A stretch of 64,000 bases of DNA. Origin: Candidatus Poribacteria bacterium (GTDB taxonomy: Bacteria > Poribacteria > WGA-4E > PCPOR2b). The stretch spans positions 2,688,001-2,752,000 of the forward strand of contig OZ244587.1 of NCBI GenBank assembly GCA_965218095.1, in the 5' to 3' direction. A program made the position numbers and the translations under genes. The notes beneath the pieces are model-generated. The model was not told the DNA's origin and made no database searches. It was given only the letters and a program-made list of their open reading frames with translations. Positions 20,326 to 33,752 of this stretch are shown here, piece by piece. How positions within the stretch are numbered: position 1 is the stretch's first letter; every line of letters starts with the position of its first letter.

Positions 20326-21510
20326 ATGCGATTAAACCAACTTGTATTGCGTAATTTCCGTAGTTATGCTGATTGTGAGATTGGTTTTACGGATCGGGTG
20401 AACCTGATTATTGGGGAAAACGCGCAAGGAAAAACGACGCTCTTAGAAGCAATCTATTTCCTCAGCACGGCAAAATCACACCGAACCTATCCAGATGATG
20501 AACTGATACGGCATAACGAAAGCTGGTTTTACCTCAAAGGCGTTATTGCTGCTGCCGTTGAGGAGAAGGATTCGTATAAGAATCCGGATGTGCAAGATCT
20601 CCCGCCATCGAACCTGATGACGGTTGAAGTCTCAAACGAGTTGAGTAGCAAAAAGCGCTTCAAGTTCAATGGCGTTCTTCAGAAAAAGCTCTCTCAGTGG
20701 ATTGGTCAGTTCAACGTTGTTTTTTTCTCTCCTGAATCACTGACTTTAGTCAAGGGTGCCCCGGCAGACCGTCGGCGCTTTATTGATATTCTGATCTCCC
20801 AGATCAATTCGGCGTACTTGAACTCTCTCCAAAATTACCAATTTGCGCTCAAACAACGTAATGAGTTGCTGAAACAAATTCGGTCGAAACAGGCAAGTCC
20901 TGAATTTCTCGATCCTTGGGACGATTTGCTTATTGCTGATGGCATCTCCATTATCCAAACGCGATCGAGAATTTTGGCGCAATTAAAGGCTTATATTCAA
21001 GCCAAGCACGCTGAATTGACCGGAAATAGTGAAAAGCTCGAACTAACATACCAACCCTCCCCCGAAAAAATCGATGATGCGGTGACTCCAGAGGCGGCAG
21101 CCCTATTTCGCCGCAGCCTGGAATCTTCCCGATCTTACGATATCCTCCGTGGAACGACTTCATTGGGTCCACACCGGGATGACTTCAAATTGATATTAGA
21201 GGCACAGTCTGCCGGAACTATGTATCTTCGGGAAGCGAAGGCTTTTGGGTCGCAGGGACAACAACGGACAATTGCTTTAGCCCTCAAGCTGGGGGAGTTG
21301 GAATTAATACGTGAAACCACGAACAACCCCCCAATCGTTCTGCTGGATGACGTGTTCTCAGAACTGGATGAGGCGCGATCGGCATTTCTATTTGAGTTGT
21401 TACGGCGATTGAATGCACAAATATTTATCACTTCGACACGGCAAGAGGGATGGGCGCCAGTTTTTGGGGATTGTCGTGTGTTTACGGTGCATAATGGACA
21501 AGTCAACTGA
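20326..21510 (+). CDS. recF: DNA replication/repair protein RecF
   Basis: GENAQGKTTLLEAI, RRRFID, GPHRDD, SQGQQR, LLDDVFSELD. Confidence 0.97.
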   Translation: MRLNQLVLRNFRSYADCEIGFTDRVNLIIGENAQGKTTLLEAIYFLSTAKSHRTYPDDELIRHNESWFYLKGVIAAAVEEKDSYKNPDVQDLPPSNLMTVEVSNELSSKKRFKFNGVLQKKLSQWIGQFNVVFFSPESLTLVKGAPADRRRFIDILISQINSAYLNSLQNYQFALKQRNELLKQIRSKQASPEFLDPWDDLLIADGISIIQTRSRILAQLKAYIQAKHAELTGNSEKLELTYQPSPEKIDDAVTPEAAALFRRSLESSRSYDILRGTTSLGPHRDDFKLILEAQSAGTMYLREAKAFGSQGQQRTIALALKLGELELIRETTNNPPIVLLDDVFSELDEARSAFLFELLRRLNAQIFITSTRQEGWAPVFGDCRVFTVHNGQVN

Positions 21511-21994
21511 GAAAACACATCGGATTGATCACCTGCTTGACGGACTTCTTCGTGAGTATGGATTTGATTACAAAATTCTTGAGGTAAAAGTTTTTTCTGC
21601 CTGGAAGGAAGCTGTTGGTGCTCTTATTGCCCGTAATACCCAACCCATTTCATTGGTGAATGGGAGATTAACCGTTCATGCATCACACCACGTTTGGGTC
21701 AATGAACTCATGATGTTGAGGGAGCATGTGATTCAGAAAATCAATGACGCCGTTAGATACCCTGCGGTTAAAACTTTGGAATTCTCTGTAAAGCCGGTAA
21801 GTCAGTCTGCTCGCCCGAAAAGTCAACGTTTTCAGCGTCCGCAACGTCTAAAATTAGAGACAGTTGAGTTGGATCCAGAGACATTAGAACGCATCGATCA
21901 AACCGTCGCATCGGTCGAAGATCAAGATCTGAAAGCGCGTTTAAAGCGTCTTTTTATCAAACAGAGTCAGCGGGATTTAATTGATGAGAAATAG
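21494..21994 (+). CDS. DUF721/DciA family protein
   Basis: W.EAVG..IARNT.P.SL.NGRLTV...HVWVNEL pattern; located between recF and gyrB. Start moved to ATG 21494. Confidence 0.8.
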   Translation: MDKSTEKTHRIDHLLDGLLREYGFDYKILEVKVFSAWKEAVGALIARNTQPISLVNGRLTVHASHHVWVNELMMLREHVIQKINDAVRYPAVKTLEFSVKPVSQSARPKSQRFQRPQRLKLETVELDPETLERIDQTVASVEDQDLKARLKRLFIKQSQRDLIDEK

Positions 21995-22014
21995 ACAATC
22001 GACAAAAGGAGTAG

Positions 22015-24492
<2,478 letters not shown>

Positions 24493-24533
24493 GACGTGAA
24501 ATGTGGATGAGGCTTTCAGATTGAGAGAATCCC

Positions 24534-25007
24534 ATGATTCAAGAGTTAGATGTCGTGAATTGGCGTGACAGTGGGGTGAGAATAGTCTGCAGTGATCAGC
24601 TTGACATGAATACGCCGCAGACCCCCGGCATGACCCGTGCCGCTGCCATCAATCGTGCGACCGCTGGGGCAAACAAACTCTGGGCTGGCACAGTGAATAT
24701 TCAACCGAACGCGAAAACTGGCGCACACCATCATGGAGCGTTGGAAAGTGTGATTTATGTAGTGAATGGACGCGCACGTATGCGGTGGGGTGAGCAGCTT
24801 GAGTTTGTCGCAGAGGCGGGGCCTGGGGATTTTATCTATGTACCGCCCTTTGTGCCGCACCAGGAAATCAACGCGAGCACAAACGACCCCCTTTTCTGCG
24901 TCTTGGTGCGGAGTGATCAAGAACCGATTGTCATCAACTTGGATATTGAACCGGCGGAGCCACCGGAGGAAGTCTATTGGGTTGACCCGATCCACCCTGA
25001 ACCATAA
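24534..25007 (+). CDS. Cupin domain protein
   Basis: GAHHHGALESVIYV and GDFIYVPPFVPHQEIN cupin motifs. Confidence 0.85.
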   Translation: MIQELDVVNWRDSGVRIVCSDQLDMNTPQTPGMTRAAAINRATAGANKLWAGTVNIQPNAKTGAHHHGALESVIYVVNGRARMRWGEQLEFVAEAGPGDFIYVPPFVPHQEINASTNDPLFCVLVRSDQEPIVINLDIEPAEPPEEVYWVDPIHPEP

Positions 25008-25318
25008 TGAAAACTGCTTAAGGTGGCAACTTGGGTTTCTGAGTACTTTTCCGAGTACCCTTCCTGTGCAAACCGCCCAGAAATGAGTCCTAGCGTGAGT
25101 TCTCACCCTTTTTTGTCTCTATCAAATTCTCCCGTTTCCTCGGAAAAGTATGAAAAGTATGCAACTTCCGAGCATTTCTCAACGGTGTTTTTCAAGTAGC
25201 AACTTGGGTTTTTAAAACAGGTTCTTAAAGTCTTAGTTTCAGCAAGAAGAAATGCTGATCACGGTTCAAGAAATTGGGGTATTTTAGGACATACACTTGC
25301 CGGTAGATTATACAAGGA

Positions 25319-27772
25319 GTGAAGCAGAAAGTGCTAACACGGAACGATGAAAACTCAAATATTATCACGCGATATATTGAGGATGAGCTAAAGGAATCCT
25401 ACCTGACCTACGCGATGAGCGTCAATACCAACCGGGCGATTCCTGATCTCAGAGATGGATTGAAGCCGAGTACGCGACGCATCCTTTATGCGATGGGCGA
25501 GATAAACCTGACGGCGGGACGCTCCTATGACAAGTGTGCTGCTGTCGTTGGCGAGGTCATGAAGAACTACCATCCGCACGGCGATGGCCCAATCTACGAT
25601 ACGTTGGTTGGGTTGGTTCAAAATTTTGCCATGCGTTACCCCTTGGTTGACGGGCAGGGGAATTTTGGCTCGATTGACGACGACCCGCCGGGGGCGATGC
25701 GCTACACGGAATGCCGTTTGATGCGGATCGCAGATGAGATGTTGGCGGACATCCATAAAAATACCGTCGATTTTCAGCCAAATTATAAGGAGTCGACGAC
25801 CGAACCTACGGTGCTTCCGGCGCGACTACCAAACTTGCTGGTCAATGGAACGACGGGAATCGGGGTCGGATACTTAACGCGGATTCCGCCGCATAACCTG
25901 GGGGAGGTTGTCGATGGGTTAATTCTTTTGCTGGAGAATCCAGAGGCGACTCTTGAAGACCTCATGGCGTGTATCCTTGGGCCCGACTTCCCGACGGCTG
26001 GGCTGATTGTTGGACGCACTGGGATTCGTGACATATACGCCAAAGGCAGGGGCTCGGTCACGGTTCGAGGAAAAGCTGTTATTGAGCGGACGACGGGGGG
26101 AAGGGAGAACATCCTCATTACAGAGATTCCTTACCAGATTAAGAAAAATCAGTTGCTTCAGAAGATGCATGATCTGGTCATCAATAAGACGATTACGGGG
26201 ATTTCCGATATTCGTGACGAATCAGATCAAAACATTCGGGTGGTGGTTGAACTCAAGCGGGGCGAGATTGCACAAGTGGTCTTGAATCAGTTGTACAAGC
26301 ATACGCAGATGCAAACCAACTACAGTGCAATTGTGCTTTGCTTGGTTGAAGGGTTGCCCAAAGTACTGTCCCTGAAAGAGATTATGCGGTACTACCTCGA
26401 ACATCGTCGAGAGGTCATTCGCCGTCGGACTCAATTTGATCTCGACCACTGTGAGCGACGGGCGCACATTCTGGAAGGGTATCGCATCGCCTTAAACAAC
26501 ATTGAAGATGTGATTGAGATTGTGCAGACAGCGGAATCTCCGCAAGACGCCCGGGATCTGTTAATGGAGAATTATACCCTTTCAGAGGTTCAAGCAAATG
26601 AAATCTTAACCATGACGTTACGCCAATTGACGGGACTCGAACGGCAAAGGATTAACGATGAATACGCCAACTTGCTTGAGCGGATTGAAGAATTGCGGGC
26701 AATCCTTGGGAGTGAAATCCTCATCACAAATATCATCAAAGAGGAGTTCCTGGAACTGAAAACCAAATACGCCGATGAACGGCGAACCCAGATCGTGGAT
26801 GCGGCGACAGAGTTCGAGATTGAAGACCTGATTGCTGATGAAGAGATGGTTGTTGCTATCTCCCATGAAGGCTACATCAAGCGTGTGCCAATTACAACCT
26901 ATCGCTGTCAACATCGAGGCGGAATTGGCGTGATCGGCATGGGGGCCAAAGAGGGCGATTTTCTCGAACATGTCTTTGTGGCGTCGGCGCATCAATACAT
27001 CCTGTTCTTTACCGATCGGGGAAAATGCTATTGGCTGAAAGTATTTGAGATTCCCGAACGCAGTCGCACCTCAGCGGGACAGGCGATCGTGAATCTGCTT
27101 CGGTTAGAAAGTGATGAAAAGGTGACAGCGTTTGTGTCGGTCCGGGAGTTTAATGCTGATCAATTTGTCTTTATGGCGACGGAGAAAGGGATTGTCAAAA
27201 AATGCAGTCTCGAAGTCTTTAGCAGACCGTATTCTGCTGGGATTATTGCAATCAACCTCGACGAAGGAGATAAGCTAATTGAGGCTCAGTTGACGGAAGG
27301 TAATTACAACATTGTGTTGGTCACAAGGACTGGGCTATCCATCCGCTTCAATGAAAATGAGGTTCGCAGCATGGGGAGGACGGCAACAGGTGTTCGTGGG
27401 ATTCGCTTGGTGGATGATGATTTTGTTGTTGGCATGGTCGCCGTGGTTGATGAGAACAAAACGCTGTTGATTGTGACAGAGAACGGCTACGGCAAACGAA
27501 CGCTACTGGCAGATTATCGTTTGCAGGGACGGGCTGGAAAAGGCGTGATTGCCATCAAAACAAGTACCCGCAATGGCCCTGTTATCGCAATGAAAATCGT
27601 TTCGGATGGGGACGAACTGATTATCGTGAGTTCAAACGGCATGGTGACGCGCATGGCGGTGAATGATATCCGAACAATCGGGAGAAACACGCAAGGGGTG
27701 CGTTTAATGTCCTTGCATACGGATGAGATTGTTGTTGATGTTGGGAAGATCTCTAAAAATGACGATCATTAA
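25319..27772 (+). CDS. gyrA: DNA gyrase subunit A
   Basis: RDGLKP, YHPHGD, AMRYTE catalytic Tyr, GyrA-box QHRGGIG, C-terminal pinwheel repeats. Confidence 0.97.
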   Translation: MKQKVLTRNDENSNIITRYIEDELKESYLTYAMSVNTNRAIPDLRDGLKPSTRRILYAMGEINLTAGRSYDKCAAVVGEVMKNYHPHGDGPIYDTLVGLVQNFAMRYPLVDGQGNFGSIDDDPPGAMRYTECRLMRIADEMLADIHKNTVDFQPNYKESTTEPTVLPARLPNLLVNGTTGIGVGYLTRIPPHNLGEVVDGLILLLENPEATLEDLMACILGPDFPTAGLIVGRTGIRDIYAKGRGSVTVRGKAVIERTTGGRENILITEIPYQIKKNQLLQKMHDLVINKTITGISDIRDESDQNIRVVVELKRGEIAQVVLNQLYKHTQMQTNYSAIVLCLVEGLPKVLSLKEIMRYYLEHRREVIRRRTQFDLDHCERRAHILEGYRIALNNIEDVIEIVQTAESPQDARDLLMENYTLSEVQANEILTMTLRQLTGLERQRINDEYANLLERIEELRAILGSEILITNIIKEEFLELKTKYADERRTQIVDAATEFEIEDLIADEEMVVAISHEGYIKRVPITTYRCQHRGGIGVIGMGAKEGDFLEHVFVASAHQYILFFTDRGKCYWLKVFEIPERSRTSAGQAIVNLLRLESDEKVTAFVSVREFNADQFVFMATEKGIVKKCSLEVFSRPYSAGIIAINLDEGDKLIEAQLTEGNYNIVLVTRTGLSIRFNENEVRSMGRTATGVRGIRLVDDDFVVGMVAVVDENKTLLIVTENGYGKRTLLADYRLQGRAGKGVIAIKTSTRNGPVIAMKIVSDGDELIIVSSNGMVTRMAVNDIRTIGRNTQGVRLMSLHTDEIVVDVGKISKNDDH

Positions 27773-27876
27773 CAAACGGCGAATCGAAGCAGATCTTAAG
27801 CGTCAGGTGTTGTGCTCTACCCTGAACCTGAGCCCGACGTTTCACCTTTCGAGCCCCAGTTAGAAAGGGACTACCA

Positions 27877-29346
27877 GTGATGCGTTTATGTTCAACGGCA
27901 CTTCTCGTTATATTGACAGTGGTAAGGCCGGATGCTCAATTGAACGCCTCTGATGCAGCAGCAATGGAAGCAACGTGGGATAATGTTCAGGTAACTGATA
28001 GCCCGCTACGTTCCGAATATGAACCTGCAAAGCGGATTTACACCAACCTGATTTCAGCGACCTATCTGCGGGTGAGTGCAAAACTATCTCTCGCCAAACG
28101 AATGTATCGCGCAGTGTTGGACGAACATGAAGTGTCAGCCTTTGTCCACACACAACTGGCAAGCCTTAGCATGGAGATGCAAGACATCCCAACGGTGGAA
28201 CGGGCATGTCACAGAGCGATTGAGCTCGACCCTGAAAAGCCAACCCCTTATTTCTTGCTGGGGAAAATTCTGATTCAGCGTTATGGCAACGCTGCCAACA
28301 GAGATAAATGGGGCGATATTATTGCAGCATTCCAGAAGGTGGTCGAAGTAGATCCGGACCATTATGGTTTTGATCGAACTGGACGACCTTTCAGCGCATA
28401 CTACCATCTTGGAGAGATTTCAGAGCTCATGGGAGATGATAAATCTGCCGTGAATGCTTTCAAAGAACTTACCCGTATCATGCCTTACCAGGCGATGTTC
28501 TACTTACGATTGGGGAGTCTCTATAACCAATTAGAAAATAAACAGGAAGCGATAGCTGCTTATGAGCGAGCAGTCAAAATCAACCGCGATCTAAGGCAAG
28601 CACATGATGCGTTGGGACAGTTATCCGTTGAACAATATCAAAAATATGAAGAGCAAATCTATAGCCAGGCTGACCTGACGCCAGACCTGTTGGGATTGGC
28701 GAAAGAATCCCTTGAAAAAGCAATCCACTCTTATTCTGAACTGCACCGACTTGCGCCGCGAACAAATCAGCAGCGGTACAATAACTTGTTAAGAGCTTTC
28801 CGTACCCGTCTCGGGAGCCTTTATCTCTACTTTGAAAAAGCTGAAGAAGCACTCCAGGAGTTAAAGAAGGTCTTAGACGAAGATCCGGACCATGTCGATG
28901 CAAACTATTTTACCGGGATGGTTTATCAAGTGCTTGGGAATTTTGAGCAGGCTGAATCCTATCTCAGGAAAACAATCGTGCTTGCGCCTGAACGTGAGGA
29001 ATCCTATAATGCATTGGGCTACCTTTTTGCTGAATATGGAACTAAGCTAGACGAAGCTGTAGAACTGATCCAGAAGGCGCTCCAAAGGTCGCCAGAGAAT
29101 GGAGCGTACTTGGATAGCCTTGGCTGGGTGTATTTCAAGCAGGGCAATCTGGATGCTGCATTGACGCAACTTGAAAAGGCGGTTCGCTACATGCCACATA
29201 GCGCCGAAATCCAGGACCATTTGGGGGAAGTGTATTTGAAAAAAGGGCTCAAGCAAAAAGCAATTTCGGCGTGGCAAAAAGCGATTCAACTAGAGCCGGA
29301 CGATACGGCGATTCGGGAGAAGTTGAGAAAGCACCAAGAAGAGTGA
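27877..29346 (+). CDS. Exported tetratricopeptide repeat protein
   Basis: Signal-like N-terminus; many TPRs; YNALGYLFA...AYLDSLGWVYFKQG...IQDHLGEVY tail. Confidence 0.85.
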   Translation: MMRLCSTALLVILTVVRPDAQLNASDAAAMEATWDNVQVTDSPLRSEYEPAKRIYTNLISATYLRVSAKLSLAKRMYRAVLDEHEVSAFVHTQLASLSMEMQDIPTVERACHRAIELDPEKPTPYFLLGKILIQRYGNAANRDKWGDIIAAFQKVVEVDPDHYGFDRTGRPFSAYYHLGEISELMGDDKSAVNAFKELTRIMPYQAMFYLRLGSLYNQLENKQEAIAAYERAVKINRDLRQAHDALGQLSVEQYQKYEEQIYSQADLTPDLLGLAKESLEKAIHSYSELHRLAPRTNQQRYNNLLRAFRTRLGSLYLYFEKAEEALQELKKVLDEDPDHVDANYFTGMVYQVLGNFEQAESYLRKTIVLAPEREESYNALGYLFAEYGTKLDEAVELIQKALQRSPENGAYLDSLGWVYFKQGNLDAALTQLEKAVRYMPHSAEIQDHLGEVYLKKGLKQKAISAWQKAIQLEPDDTAIREKLRKHQEE

Positions 29347-29354
29347 ACTCTGAA

Positions 29355-29493
29355 AAATGAGGAAATGGGGACATGAGAAAATGGGGATATGACGTGTTCA
29401 TGAGTTCATTAGTTCATGAGTTCATTCAGGGCGTGTGGAATGGGCGATCTGTTTCACGTTTCACGTTTCACGTTTTACGCTTTACGCTTTACG
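29355..29493. repeat. Patchwork of degenerate 8-mer and 7-mer tandem repeats
   Basis: AAATGRGG-like x5 (29355-29394), GTTCATKA-like x4 (29396-29427), YTTYACG x6 (29452-29493). Confidence 0.85.
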
Positions 29494-31160
29494 TTTTATT
29501 GGGGGTGTCGACTTCTCATGGTTGGGTCGATGGCACTCCCTATTTTTTTGAGCGCTTTGCCGATACTCTCAAAAATGCCTCCGAGATTCCTTCTGCTCCT
29601 GCCCTACCGAATGCGCCTCAACTTGCCATTGGCGATCGCAAATCTTTCTTCTCAATCAATTTTAGAACACATGAACAGTACACTGTTCAGGCAACACTGC
29701 GAGCCATTGGGAAATTCTGCTACATCTTCGTTGAGGACTCGCAGTGGCAGCGCACGGTACATGCGAGAACAGTCGAATCGGTGCGTCGTGCATTTGATGA
29801 TGCGACGCCGGCACATCCACAACGCGGGATTTATCAAATCGAAACCGAGTTGTTTGGGTGCCCTCCCGACATTGATGGTGATAAAAGGATCCATCTCCTG
29901 CTATTAGACATTCGTGATAGGGCGACGAGACGAAACGGATTCGTTGCCGGTTTTTTCAACCCTGTGAATCAACATCGTGGGGTTTTGCGGCACCCGGACT
30001 TGGGGGTGCCCATTCGCAGCAACGAACTCGATATGCTCTATCTCGATACTCACCCCCTGAACGCGGGAAGCCAGGAGGGGCTTGGCGTACTCGCCCACGA
30101 ATTTCAGCATCTGATCCATTGGCGGCACGATACAAACGAAACAGTTTGGGTCAATGAAGGCTGCGCCGGTTATGCAACGTTCATCTGTGGGTATAGCGTT
30201 CAAGACCATGTTGATCTGTTTGAACGAAATCCGCGGATCTCACTGGTGGAGTGGCCACATGGGACGCGAAGCGAACTTGCCCACTACGGGGTGGCGTATT
30301 TGTGGATGCTTTATCTTCACGAACAGTACGGTGGCTCAGAAACAATCGCTTCGATTGTGAAGAATCGGGCGAACGGAATCGCAGGGGTCAATAAGGCTCT
30401 GCTCTCGCGTGGCGTGAAGAAGACCTTCTCCGTCATTTATGCCGATTGGAAGGTGGCAAACTATCTGGACCATACCCGCTTTGCGAAGGGGCAGTACGGC
30501 TATCAGAATGAGCAGTTGAATCTTCGCGCCCGTCGTGAGCATCGTTCATATCCGGTCTCTGTTGAAAATAACGTGCTTGCCAGCTATGCAACGGACCATA
30601 TTCCCTTCCACCCCAATGCCAGAAATAGTGGATTGAATCTCACCTTTGAAAGCGACAACCGTCAGCCCTTCGATGTCAAGGTGGTTGAGTTTCGGGGCGG
30701 ACAGCCGACAGCTGTACGCGATATGGTGCTGGCGGAGACCGGAAAAGGCAGTCTACTCATCTCAAACTTTGGCGCGAGCGTCGAAAAGGTCATTCTTATC
30801 CCCAGTATGCAGCCGCAACGCGAGTCGCAGGGGCACAGCACATCAGTTTACACATATAGCGCGAAGCAGATTTTGGAAAAAGTGGAATTCAGCATGACAG
30901 TTTTGCCGAATCCCGTACATCCGAGATATTGGGACATCGTCGCCGTCCCGAGTGATTCGATTGGCTTCAGCGCGCCGCTGATTACGATTAAGGCGGGCGT
31001 CATGCCAATTATATCTAAGCTACCGATGAAAGCTGTCCGGGATGAAGCGATTTACACATATTCGCTCTATCTTTCTCCAGAGGTCAACACCGAAAACGTC
31101 CAATGGGAGATTTTCTTCCTTGAGGAGTTGGTTGGGGCAGGTGAGCTCAAGCAAAAATAG
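29373..31160 (+). CDS. Secreted zinc metallopeptidase (M30/hyicolysin-like); start uncertain
   Basis: DIDGDKRIHLLLLDI, AGFF, LAHEFQHLIH and WVNEG motifs. Confidence 0.75.
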   Translation: MRKWGYDVFMSSLVHEFIQGVWNGRSVSRFTFHVLRFTLYVLLGVSTSHGWVDGTPYFFERFADTLKNASEIPSAPALPNAPQLAIGDRKSFFSINFRTHEQYTVQATLRAIGKFCYIFVEDSQWQRTVHARTVESVRRAFDDATPAHPQRGIYQIETELFGCPPDIDGDKRIHLLLLDIRDRATRRNGFVAGFFNPVNQHRGVLRHPDLGVPIRSNELDMLYLDTHPLNAGSQEGLGVLAHEFQHLIHWRHDTNETVWVNEGCAGYATFICGYSVQDHVDLFERNPRISLVEWPHGTRSELAHYGVAYLWMLYLHEQYGGSETIASIVKNRANGIAGVNKALLSRGVKKTFSVIYADWKVANYLDHTRFAKGQYGYQNEQLNLRARREHRSYPVSVENNVLASYATDHIPFHPNARNSGLNLTFESDNRQPFDVKVVEFRGGQPTAVRDMVLAETGKGSLLISNFGASVEKVILIPSMQPQRESQGHSTSVYTYSAKQILEKVEFSMTVLPNPVHPRYWDIVAVPSDSIGFSAPLITIKAGVMPIISKLPMKAVRDEAIYTYSLYLSPEVNTENVQWEIFFLEELVGAGELKQK

Positions 31161-31234
31161 ATTCATGCGTTCAGGAGTTCATGAGTCTAATTTACGCATT
31201 ACGCATCACGTTTCACACTCCAAGGAGGTAACAG

Positions 31235-32200
31235 ATGGCAACACCAACCATTTACGCAGGTACAGTGGGTCAGAGTGTGTGGCGCAGCAAAGACAGCGGG
31301 GAATCCTGGCAGCGTGCCAGCGCGGGGATATTCCCGGAGGCTGACATTCGCGCCCTTGCCGCGAACCCGAACGATTCCTCCATCCTCTATGCGGGAACGG
31401 AAGCCGGCATCTTCCGCACGAAAAACGGTGGGAATAACTGGGAACGCCTCGACTCCCTGATGGACGAGTTGCAAATCTGGGCGATTGCAGTCAATCCAAA
31501 AAACCCCGACATCGTCTTCGCAGGCACATGTCCGTCCGCCCTGTTCAAATCGAGCGACAGCGGCGATACATGGAGGCGTCTCAACGTCGAACTTGCCGAA
31601 GAGTGTGAGGGGGTACCAATCGTCCCGCGTGTGACCTCGATCTCGATCGATCCGGACGATGATCAGACGGTCTACGCGGGCGTCGAAATTGACGGGCTGT
31701 GGCTTTCCACCGATGGCGGTGAGACATGGGGGGAGCGAAGTGAGGGACTGAGCAGCCTTGACATTCATGGGCTTACTGTCGTCCCCGGCAGTCCGAAGGT
31801 GCTCGTTGCGGCGACGAACAACGATGTGTGCGTCACGACAGATCTGAACCAATGGACGCCGCTCAGTGTCGGGGATCACTTCCCGTGGCCCTACTGCCGG
31901 GCGGCGATGTATGTTCCCAATGATACGAGGCGGGTTTATATTGGGGCGGGAAATGGCCCCCCCGGAGACGAAGGTGGCCTTTTCTACACCGATGATCTCG
32001 GCAAAACGTGGGGACGCGCCGAGCTCGGTCTGACAGCAAACAGCACGATCTGGTGTCTGGCGCGTGAGTCCGCCGTGCCCGGGTGGATCTTCGCTTGCAG
32101 CGTCAGCGGTCAGCTTTTCCTCAGCACCGACGATGGGGCGTCGTGGTCGAAACTTGGGCACGAGTTTGGGGAGGTCCGTGCACTGGCGATTGTGCCTTGA
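31235..32200 (+). CDS. BNR/Asp-box repeat beta-propeller protein
   Basis: Repeated S.DGG.TW motifs (SKDSGESW, TKNGGNNW, STDGGETW, STDDGASW); RBS AAGGAGG. Confidence 0.85.
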   Translation: MATPTIYAGTVGQSVWRSKDSGESWQRASAGIFPEADIRALAANPNDSSILYAGTEAGIFRTKNGGNNWERLDSLMDELQIWAIAVNPKNPDIVFAGTCPSALFKSSDSGDTWRRLNVELAEECEGVPIVPRVTSISIDPDDDQTVYAGVEIDGLWLSTDGGETWGERSEGLSSLDIHGLTVVPGSPKVLVAATNNDVCVTTDLNQWTPLSVGDHFPWPYCRAAMYVPNDTRRVYIGAGNGPPGDEGGLFYTDDLGKTWGRAELGLTANSTIWCLARESAVPGWIFACSVSGQLFLSTDDGASWSKLGHEFGEVRALAIVP

Positions 32201-32397
32201 GGCGTTAGTAAAATGAGGAAATGGGTGAATGAATCACCTATTTTCTCCATTTGCTATAGTTGAGTGAAAGTTTATGTCAAATCAAAGGGGGTATCGAATC
32301 AATGCCCGACGTAAAGCGTACAATCTGCCATCGGTATCAACACTATCGTCCCACCTTGCTGTTGCAATTCGATGAATCTGAATAACTGCTAAAAAGG

Positions 32398-32426
32398 TTG
32401 ATAAAGCAGACCAATTATGATATAAT
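32398..32426 (+). promoter_or_regulatory. Sigma70-type promoter of the rpsF operon
   Basis: TTGATA-17nt-TATAAT with extended -10 TG. Confidence 0.7.
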
Positions 32427-32485
32427 TTTGGTAATCTTTGCTCCAGAACTGATTGTGATTTTTGGCAATGTTATACGAGGGAGTT

Positions 32486-32563
32486 ATACCCGTCACCTGG
32501 ATTTTTCTACTTGCGGGGTAAGTCGTCACAATTCAAGCTGGAGCCATACGTCCAAAGGGAGGT
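32486..32563 (+). promoter_or_regulatory. Possible S6:S18-binding autoregulatory leader
   Basis: CCC..TGGA can pair with TCCA..GGG overlapping the rpsF RBS, at the position where this leader is known. Confidence 0.35.
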
Positions 32564-32572
32564 ACAAAAACA

Positions 32573-33007
32573 TTGCATCAATACGAAACTGTTTTTATTG
32601 TTAACCCGGAGCTTGATAAAAGCGAAACGAACGACGTTATTGACGGCGTCAAAGGAACCATTGAGTCTGGTGGAGGCAAGATTCTCAAGGTAGATCCATG
32701 GGGGAAGAAAAAACTCGCTTATAGGGTTAAGCGGCACAATGATGGCTATTATGTGTTCGTGGTATTTGAAAGTGGCCCTGAATTTGTGCGTCAGTTAAAC
32801 GGCTACTATCAGATTACTGAACCCATTATTAAGCATATCGTTGTTCGATTTGAAGGGGATCTGACCGTACCTGCTCAAAGCCATACAAAAATACCACGGG
32901 GAGAAGAAACCGACGAGGACTCGCCGGGTGATAGTCCTTTTGAAGATGTTGAGAGCAAAGACGAAGATAAATATGAACTTATAGCGAGTAAAACGCGTAG
33001 CGAGTAA
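32573..33007 (+). CDS. rpsF: 30S ribosomal protein S6 (C-terminus supplied by a repeat element)
   Basis: YETVFIVNPEL, WGKKKLAY.V, GYY. Confidence 0.95.
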   Translation: MHQYETVFIVNPELDKSETNDVIDGVKGTIESGGGKILKVDPWGKKKLAYRVKRHNDGYYVFVVFESGPEFVRQLNGYYQITEPIIKHIVVRFEGDLTVPAQSHTKIPRGEETDEDSPGDSPFEDVESKDEDKYELIASKTRSE

Positions 33008-33119
33008 AACGCGCTCTTCTCCCGTCAGCCTCAACGAAGGGAAGGATCTCTTGCACCCTAACGAGGAGATTCTTCGCTGCGCTCTATTAGACTTCCAAGA
33101 AACTACCCGCAATGAGTTC
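32973..33119 (+). mobile_element. MITE/REP-like element, copy 1 (with an internal 16-bp duplication)
   Basis: Near-identical to the reverse complement of 43551-43681. Imperfect termini GAACTTATAGC / GCAATGAGTTC. Internal palindrome GAAGGATCTC...GAGATTCTTC. Confidence 0.8.
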
Positions 33120-33184
33120 TATTATTGATGTTAGCGATACCGCCAATGGATTCTAACATCAGATAAGGTAAAGGAGACAAAATC

Positions 33185-33652
33185 ATGGCAAGCTACAACA
33201 AGGTCATACTCATGGGAAACCTCACGCGCGATCCTGAATTGAAATATCTTCCGAGTGGTACAGCAGTCGCTAATGTGGGATTGGCTGTGAGTCGAACGTA
33301 TACAGACCGCCAATCAGGAGAAAGAAAAGAGGAAGTTTGTTTCGTGGATCTTGAGGCTTTTGGAAGGACTGCTGAAACCATGAACGAATATCTTCAAAAA
33401 GGTAGACCGGTACACATTGAAGGACGCCTGAGATATCGAACATGGGAGACAGACGATGGACAAAGGCGAGGAAAGCATGATGTCTTTGTTGAACGATTTA
33501 CATTCGTAGACAGTCGTCAAGATAGCGAAGGGGGTGGAGGCGCTTACGAACAATCATCGCCCTCATCCGCTCCATCTTCGGTACAATCGGTACAAGAGGG
33601 ACCTTCGGTACAAGAGGGACCTCCTGTCACGGACGACGACATTCCTTTCTGA
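33185..33652 (+). CDS. ssb: Single-stranded DNA-binding protein
   Basis: NKVILMGNLTRDPEL...DDDIPF. Confidence 0.97.
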   Translation: MASYNKVILMGNLTRDPELKYLPSGTAVANVGLAVSRTYTDRQSGERKEEVCFVDLEAFGRTAETMNEYLQKGRPVHIEGRLRYRTWETDDGQRRGKHDVFVERFTFVDSRQDSEGGGGAYEQSSPSSAPSSVQSVQEGPSVQEGPPVTDDDIPF

Positions 33653-33752
33653 AATCAATCGTTACACAAGAATTGGCGAAATATAGGAACGAAAAGCGGG
33701 CGAGAGTTGACGCCCGCTTTTCTTCTGTAATACAAATTGGAGGACTGAGATT

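Noticed and set aside
31199-32161. 320-aa antisense ORF (and similar ones at 58380-59267, 60055-60819, 14424-15167)
   Set aside because: These are shadow frames of well-supported genes on the opposite strand and carry no motifs.
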